Below are positions 60,006-64,000 of a stretch of DNA of 64,000 nucleotides, one piece after another (position 1 is the stretch's first letter; each line of letters begins with the position of its first letter). The stretch lies in the NCBI GenBank assembly GCA_963782055.1, contig CAWAIF010000003.1:4704001-4768000 (forward strand), given 5' to 3'. The notes beneath the pieces were generated by a model. That model saw only the letters and a program-made list of their open reading frames with translations, made no database searches and had not been told where the DNA came from. The position numbers were made by a program, and so were the translations under genes. The DNA is from an uncultured delta proteobacterium (lineage in GTDB: Bacteria > Myxococcota_A > Polyangia > Polyangiales > Polyangiaceae).

Positions 60006-60166
60006 CGTGGAATCGTCGATCGAAGTTAGGCGAGAGCGCCCCGTCTTGTCGCCTCCTTTTTTCGGCGACGGGCGGGGGGCCGCTCCGGTCGACGCGCCCT
60101 TCGAGCTGTCGGCCGGCCTGCGGCCGGGTTGCGCGGGCGGGCGCCGGACGGTATGGGTCGCCCGCC

Positions 60167-61636
60167 GTGGACGAGAAGCCGGACGTTCCCTCGACAGTGA
60201 GACCGAAGCCGCGGCTGGGCGCCCGCGCTCTCGCCGCGCTCGCGCTCGCCGCGGGGGCGCTGACGATTGCCTGCGTCTCGGCGCCCTTCGCCGCGCTCGC
60301 CCGGCGCAACGTCCACGCCGCGGCGGCGCCGCCTGTGCACCACGAGGCGGCGGTGGCCACCGCGAGCGCGGCGCCGGCCGATCTGGACGCCGGCGCCCCG
60401 GCCGAGACGCCGCCGCACCCGCGCGTGCACACCTTCCGGGTGGCCGACCTCGCGGGCGACACGCGCGTCCACCTCGCCAAGGGGTCGGTGGGCAAGCACC
60501 CGCTGCTCGTCGCGCTCTCCGCGGCGGGCCTCGGCAAGAAGGCGGGGATGGCGGTGGTCACCGCGTTCAAGGGCGTGCGCGATCTGGACCACTGCGCGCC
60601 GAGCGACACCTTCGCCTTCGCCAAGTCGGTCGCCGACGGCCACCTCGTCGCCTTCGAGTTCGCCACCTCCCGTGAGGACGTGTGGCAGACACGCGAGGCG
60701 GACGGCGCGCTGGAGAAGGCGCACAAGCTGGAGCTGGACATCGAGCATCACCAGGTGGCCGTGGGCCTGGTGGTGCAGGCCGACCTGCGCACCGCGATCA
60801 GCCACGCCAAGCTGGACGAGGGCCTGCTCTCCATGCTGGACGACGCGCTCGACGGCCACGCCGACCTCTCCGATCTCAAGCCCGGCGTGCGTCTGCGCAT
60901 CGTCGCGACCGAGGAGCGCGTGGAGGGCCGCTTCACCGGCTACTCCTCGCTCGACGCGGTGGAGTACACGGCGGTCGGCCATGACCCGCTCCGGATCTAC
61001 TGGTACGCGCGTGGCTCGAGCGACCCGCACGGCAGCCACCACGGCCCCGGCGGCTACTACGACGCCAAGGGCCGCCAGCCCTACCACGGAGGCTGGCGCT
61101 CGCCGGTGCCGATGGCGCGCATCTCCTCGCGCTTCGACCCGCACCGCATGCACCCGGTGCTGCACGTCATCATGCCGCACAACGGGGTGGACTTCGCCGC
61201 GCCGAGCGGGACGCCCGTCTACGCGGCCGCCTCCGGCAAGGTGGTGGTGATGAGCCGGAGCGGGCCGTGCGGCAACATGATCAAGATCGACCACCCGAAC
61301 GGCCTGACCAGCGCGTACTGCCACCTCTCGCGCTTCGCCGGCGGGCTGCACGTGGGCGAGCACGTCGAGACGCGGCAGCTCATCGGCTACGTCGGCCAGA
61401 CCGGCCGCGCCACCGGTCCTCACCTGCACTTCGCGGTGAAGCGCGGCGCCGTCTTCCTCGACCCGCTGGCGATGAAGCTGGACGGCGTGCGCGTGCTCCC
61501 ACCCGCGGCCAGAGACGACTTCGAGCACCTGCGCGAGGCGATGGACAAGGCCCTGGACGCCATCCCCCTGCCGGAGAGCCCCGACGCGGGGGAGGCGGAC
61601 GCGGGCGAGGTCTTCTACGAGGACCCCTCCCCCTGA
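60167..61636 (+). CDS. M23 family peptidoglycan endopeptidase
   Basis: HNGVDFAAP.GTPVYA, Y.HLS, TG.ATGPHLHF. Confidence 0.92.
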   Translation: MDEKPDVPSTVRPKPRLGARALAALALAAGALTIACVSAPFAALARRNVHAAAAPPVHHEAAVATASAAPADLDAGAPAETPPHPRVHTFRVADLAGDTRVHLAKGSVGKHPLLVALSAAGLGKKAGMAVVTAFKGVRDLDHCAPSDTFAFAKSVADGHLVAFEFATSREDVWQTREADGALEKAHKLELDIEHHQVAVGLVVQADLRTAISHAKLDEGLLSMLDDALDGHADLSDLKPGVRLRIVATEERVEGRFTGYSSLDAVEYTAVGHDPLRIYWYARGSSDPHGSHHGPGGYYDAKGRQPYHGGWRSPVPMARISSRFDPHRMHPVLHVIMPHNGVDFAAPSGTPVYAAASGKVVVMSRSGPCGNMIKIDHPNGLTSAYCHLSRFAGGLHVGEHVETRQLIGYVGQTGRATGPHLHFAVKRGAVFLDPLAMKLDGVRVLPPAARDDFEHLREAMDKALDAIPLPESPDAGEADAGEVFYEDPSP

Positions 61637-61761
61637 GAGGACGGCTCCCACATCTGCGCACACGGGGACGCCCGCAGAGAAAAATCCAGCGGTGGCGCTT
61701 TCGCCCGTTGCGCTGGTGGCAGCTTGGGTGCGATTCTTGAACGTGGAGGCGTGCGCGAGCC

Positions 61762-63666
61762 ATGCGTCTATCGTTCGAGCTTCTGGGACTGGGTATCGTG
61801 GGGTTGCTGGTGGCCGGCTGCGGCAGCGGCGACGGCCTCGGCGTGGGCGTCAACACCGACGACGGTGGCGTCGACGGTGGGGGCGGCCAGGACAGCAGCG
61901 TCATCTGGGACGCCGGCAACTCGCAGTTCGACCAGACCGCACCTCCCCCGGACCTGGACGCCACCCTGGACGTCTCCTTCCCCGACGCCTTCTACGGCCC
62001 GGACAGCAGCCAGGGTCAGGACGCCGGGCAGGGCCCCGACGGCGGGTGCAAGCCCGACGGCATCACCTGCAACGGCGACGTCGCCAACACCTGCAAGAAC
62101 GGCAACCTGACGAGCGTCGACTGCGCGCTCTCGGGGAAGATCTGCGCGGACGGCTACGGCTGCGTGGTGTGCGACCCCGGGTCCGGCACCTGCAACGGCA
62201 GCGCGGGCACCGTCTGCAACTCCGACGGCACCGGCTACGTCACCAACGACTGCGACCCGCTGATGGGCCTCTCCTGCCAGAGCGGCGTGTGCGTCGGCGC
62301 CTGCGCGACGGTCGGGCACAGCTACATCGGGTGCGACTACTACGCCGTGACGATGATCAACAACTGGCTCGACCAGACGACGTTCACCTTCTCGGTGTCC
62401 ATCGCCAACACGAGCCCCAACACCGCCTCGGTGACGATCACCGGGCCCGCCAACTACAGCAGCACGACCACCATCGCGGCGGGCGCCATCAAGGAGGTCA
62501 CCCTCCCGTGGGTGAGCTCGCTCTCCTGCGGCACCGGTCCGTGCAACGGCGGACAGCCCAACGCGCCGACCACCGAGAAGGTCACCGGCGGCGCGTACCG
62601 CATCCGGAGCACCGAGCCGGTGACGGTCTATCAGTTCAACGCGCGCGACTACGCGAAGGGTGGCTCGTACTCCTACACCAACGACGCCTCGCTGCTGCTG
62701 CCGGTCAACGCGATGACCGGGAACTACTACGCGGCGTCGTATCCGTCCTTCTACACGCTCCCCGGCATCGTGACGATCGTCGGCACCGAGGCGAACACGC
62801 AGGTCACCGTGTCGCCGTCCACGACCATCGTCTCCGGAGGCGGCCTGGCCGCCAACGGCGGGACCGTCACGCTGGGCCGGGGCGACGTGCTGCAGATCAC
62901 CAACCCCACGCCGGGCACGGGCTCCTATGGCTCGGACATGAGCGGCACGGGCATCTCGGCGTCGGCGCCCGTGGAGGTCTTCGGCGGGCAGGCGTGCGTC
63001 TACATCCCCGCGAGCCAGGGCTACTGCGACCACATGGAAGAGGTGATGTTCCCCAAGGAGACGCTGCGCGAGGACTACCTCGTCGTACCGCCCAAGGTGA
63101 CGGGCTACACGCCGAAGCACTTCGTCCGCATCGTCGGGACCGTCAACGGCACCACCCTCACCTACGATCCCACTCCAACCGTCACCTCCGGCACCGCCTC
63201 GACGTCGCTGAACGCGGGGCAGGTGGCGGTGTTCGAGACCGCGACGCCCTTCCACGTCACCGCCAACGCCAACCACCCCTTCGAGGTGGCCAGCTACATG
63301 GAAGGCTCCTCCAACTTCGGTGACGGCGTGCTGAGCGGCGACCCCGCGATGAGCATGGAGGTCGCCACCGCGCAGTTTCGCACCAGCTACGCCTTCACCG
63401 CGCCGAACAACTACCAGATCAACTGGGTGACGGTGCTCGCGCCGACGGGCAAGGCCGTGACGATCGACGGCAACAACGTCACCGGATGGACGACCATCGG
63501 CAACAGCGGCTACCGGTTCGCGTACTACCAGATCTGCAACGGCAACTGCGGCAACTCGTCGAGCAACCACTCGGCGAGCGGGACGGCGGGGTTCGGCATC
63601 CAGGTGTACGGCTACGGCAGCTACACCAGCTACATGTACCCGGGTGGCCTCGACCTGAATCGCTGA
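61762..63666 (+). CDS. Lipoprotein with Cys-rich region and IgGFc-binding N-terminal-like domain
   Basis: Lipobox VAGC; SYIGCDYY, TNDASLLLP, CDHMEE..FP, GDPAM, SYMYPGG. Confidence 0.82.
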   Translation: MRLSFELLGLGIVGLLVAGCGSGDGLGVGVNTDDGGVDGGGGQDSSVIWDAGNSQFDQTAPPPDLDATLDVSFPDAFYGPDSSQGQDAGQGPDGGCKPDGITCNGDVANTCKNGNLTSVDCALSGKICADGYGCVVCDPGSGTCNGSAGTVCNSDGTGYVTNDCDPLMGLSCQSGVCVGACATVGHSYIGCDYYAVTMINNWLDQTTFTFSVSIANTSPNTASVTITGPANYSSTTTIAAGAIKEVTLPWVSSLSCGTGPCNGGQPNAPTTEKVTGGAYRIRSTEPVTVYQFNARDYAKGGSYSYTNDASLLLPVNAMTGNYYAASYPSFYTLPGIVTIVGTEANTQVTVSPSTTIVSGGGLAANGGTVTLGRGDVLQITNPTPGTGSYGSDMSGTGISASAPVEVFGGQACVYIPASQGYCDHMEEVMFPKETLREDYLVVPPKVTGYTPKHFVRIVGTVNGTTLTYDPTPTVTSGTASTSLNAGQVAVFETATPFHVTANANHPFEVASYMEGSSNFGDGVLSGDPAMSMEVATAQFRTSYAFTAPNNYQINWVTVLAPTGKAVTIDGNNVTGWTTIGNSGYRFAYYQICNGNCGNSSSNHSASGTAGFGIQVYGYGSYTSYMYPGGLDLNR

Positions 63667-63757
63667 CGGCGAGGTTCCGGGCGCCCACATGGCCCTCCGC
63701 CGCCGCAGCTTTGCCCTTCAATCCCCCGCCTGCCGGTACTAGGGTAGGGCCGGCGGT

Positions 63758-64000
63758 ATGGCGAAGCTCACCCAGGCGGCGAAGGTCGGCGCGTTCGTGC
63801 TTCTTGCCGCCGGCGCCGCCTACGCGATCTACCGCACGATCGGCCACGAGTATGGCGCCGGGGGTGGGTACGTCGTGCACGCCTACCTACCCGACGCCAC
63901 CGGCCTCGCCAACCACTCGCGGGTGACCGTCGCCGGCATCCCGGTCGGCACCATCCAGTCCATCCGCCTGGAGAACGGGCGCGCCCGCGTGGACGTGCGC
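63758..64000 (+). CDS. MlaD/MCE family protein (runs off window)
   Basis: Own translation: MAKLTQAAKVGAFVLL...DATGLANHSRVTVAGIPVGTIQSIRL. Confidence 0.85.
   Translation, partial: MAKLTQAAKVGAFVLLAAGAAYAIYRTIGHEYGAGGGYVVHAYLPDATGLANHSRVTVAGIPVGTIQSIRLENGRARVDVR

Overview
High-GC window whose gene content (many Ser/Thr kinases, FHA proteins, ECF sigma factors, Cys-rich lipoproteins) resembles Myxococcota, probably Polyangiaceae-like; this is an inference. Main structures: (1) A ~10 kb island in tRNA-Thr(CGT), bounded by exact 47-bp direct repeats (3949-3995 and 13915-13961). Its tyrosine integrase is internally deleted. The integrase frame runs through the att core and, in the excised attP form, would join in frame to a 91-aa tail with a UVR-like coiled coil encoded at the far island end, as in the myxophage Mx8 C-terminal switch. 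Cargo is a C2-like lipoprotein, a sigma54-promoter operon ending in a membrane Ser/Thr kinase and an FHA-enhancer-binding protein, an XRE regulator, an HNH/zinc-ribbon nuclease split by an ISL3 element, and a CoiA-like nuclease. (2) RND efflux and glycogen (DUF4912-GH57-glgA) operons with back-to-back sigma54-type promoters. (3) Two convergent ECF sigma/anti-sigma/outer-membrane-protein/lipoprotein modules. Each has its own promoter motif present twice, once before the sigma gene and once before a terminal Cys-rich lipoprotein gene. (4) Housekeeping and signalling genes: nhaA, GMC oxidoreductase with a FadR-type regulator, ltaE, FHA-PP2C, a HARE-HTH/Mrr-like protein, an HD-GYP response regulator, guaB, lipB, M23 peptidase and MlaD. 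No CRISPR array or rRNA was seen. Family calls come from motif recognition by eye, not database searches.
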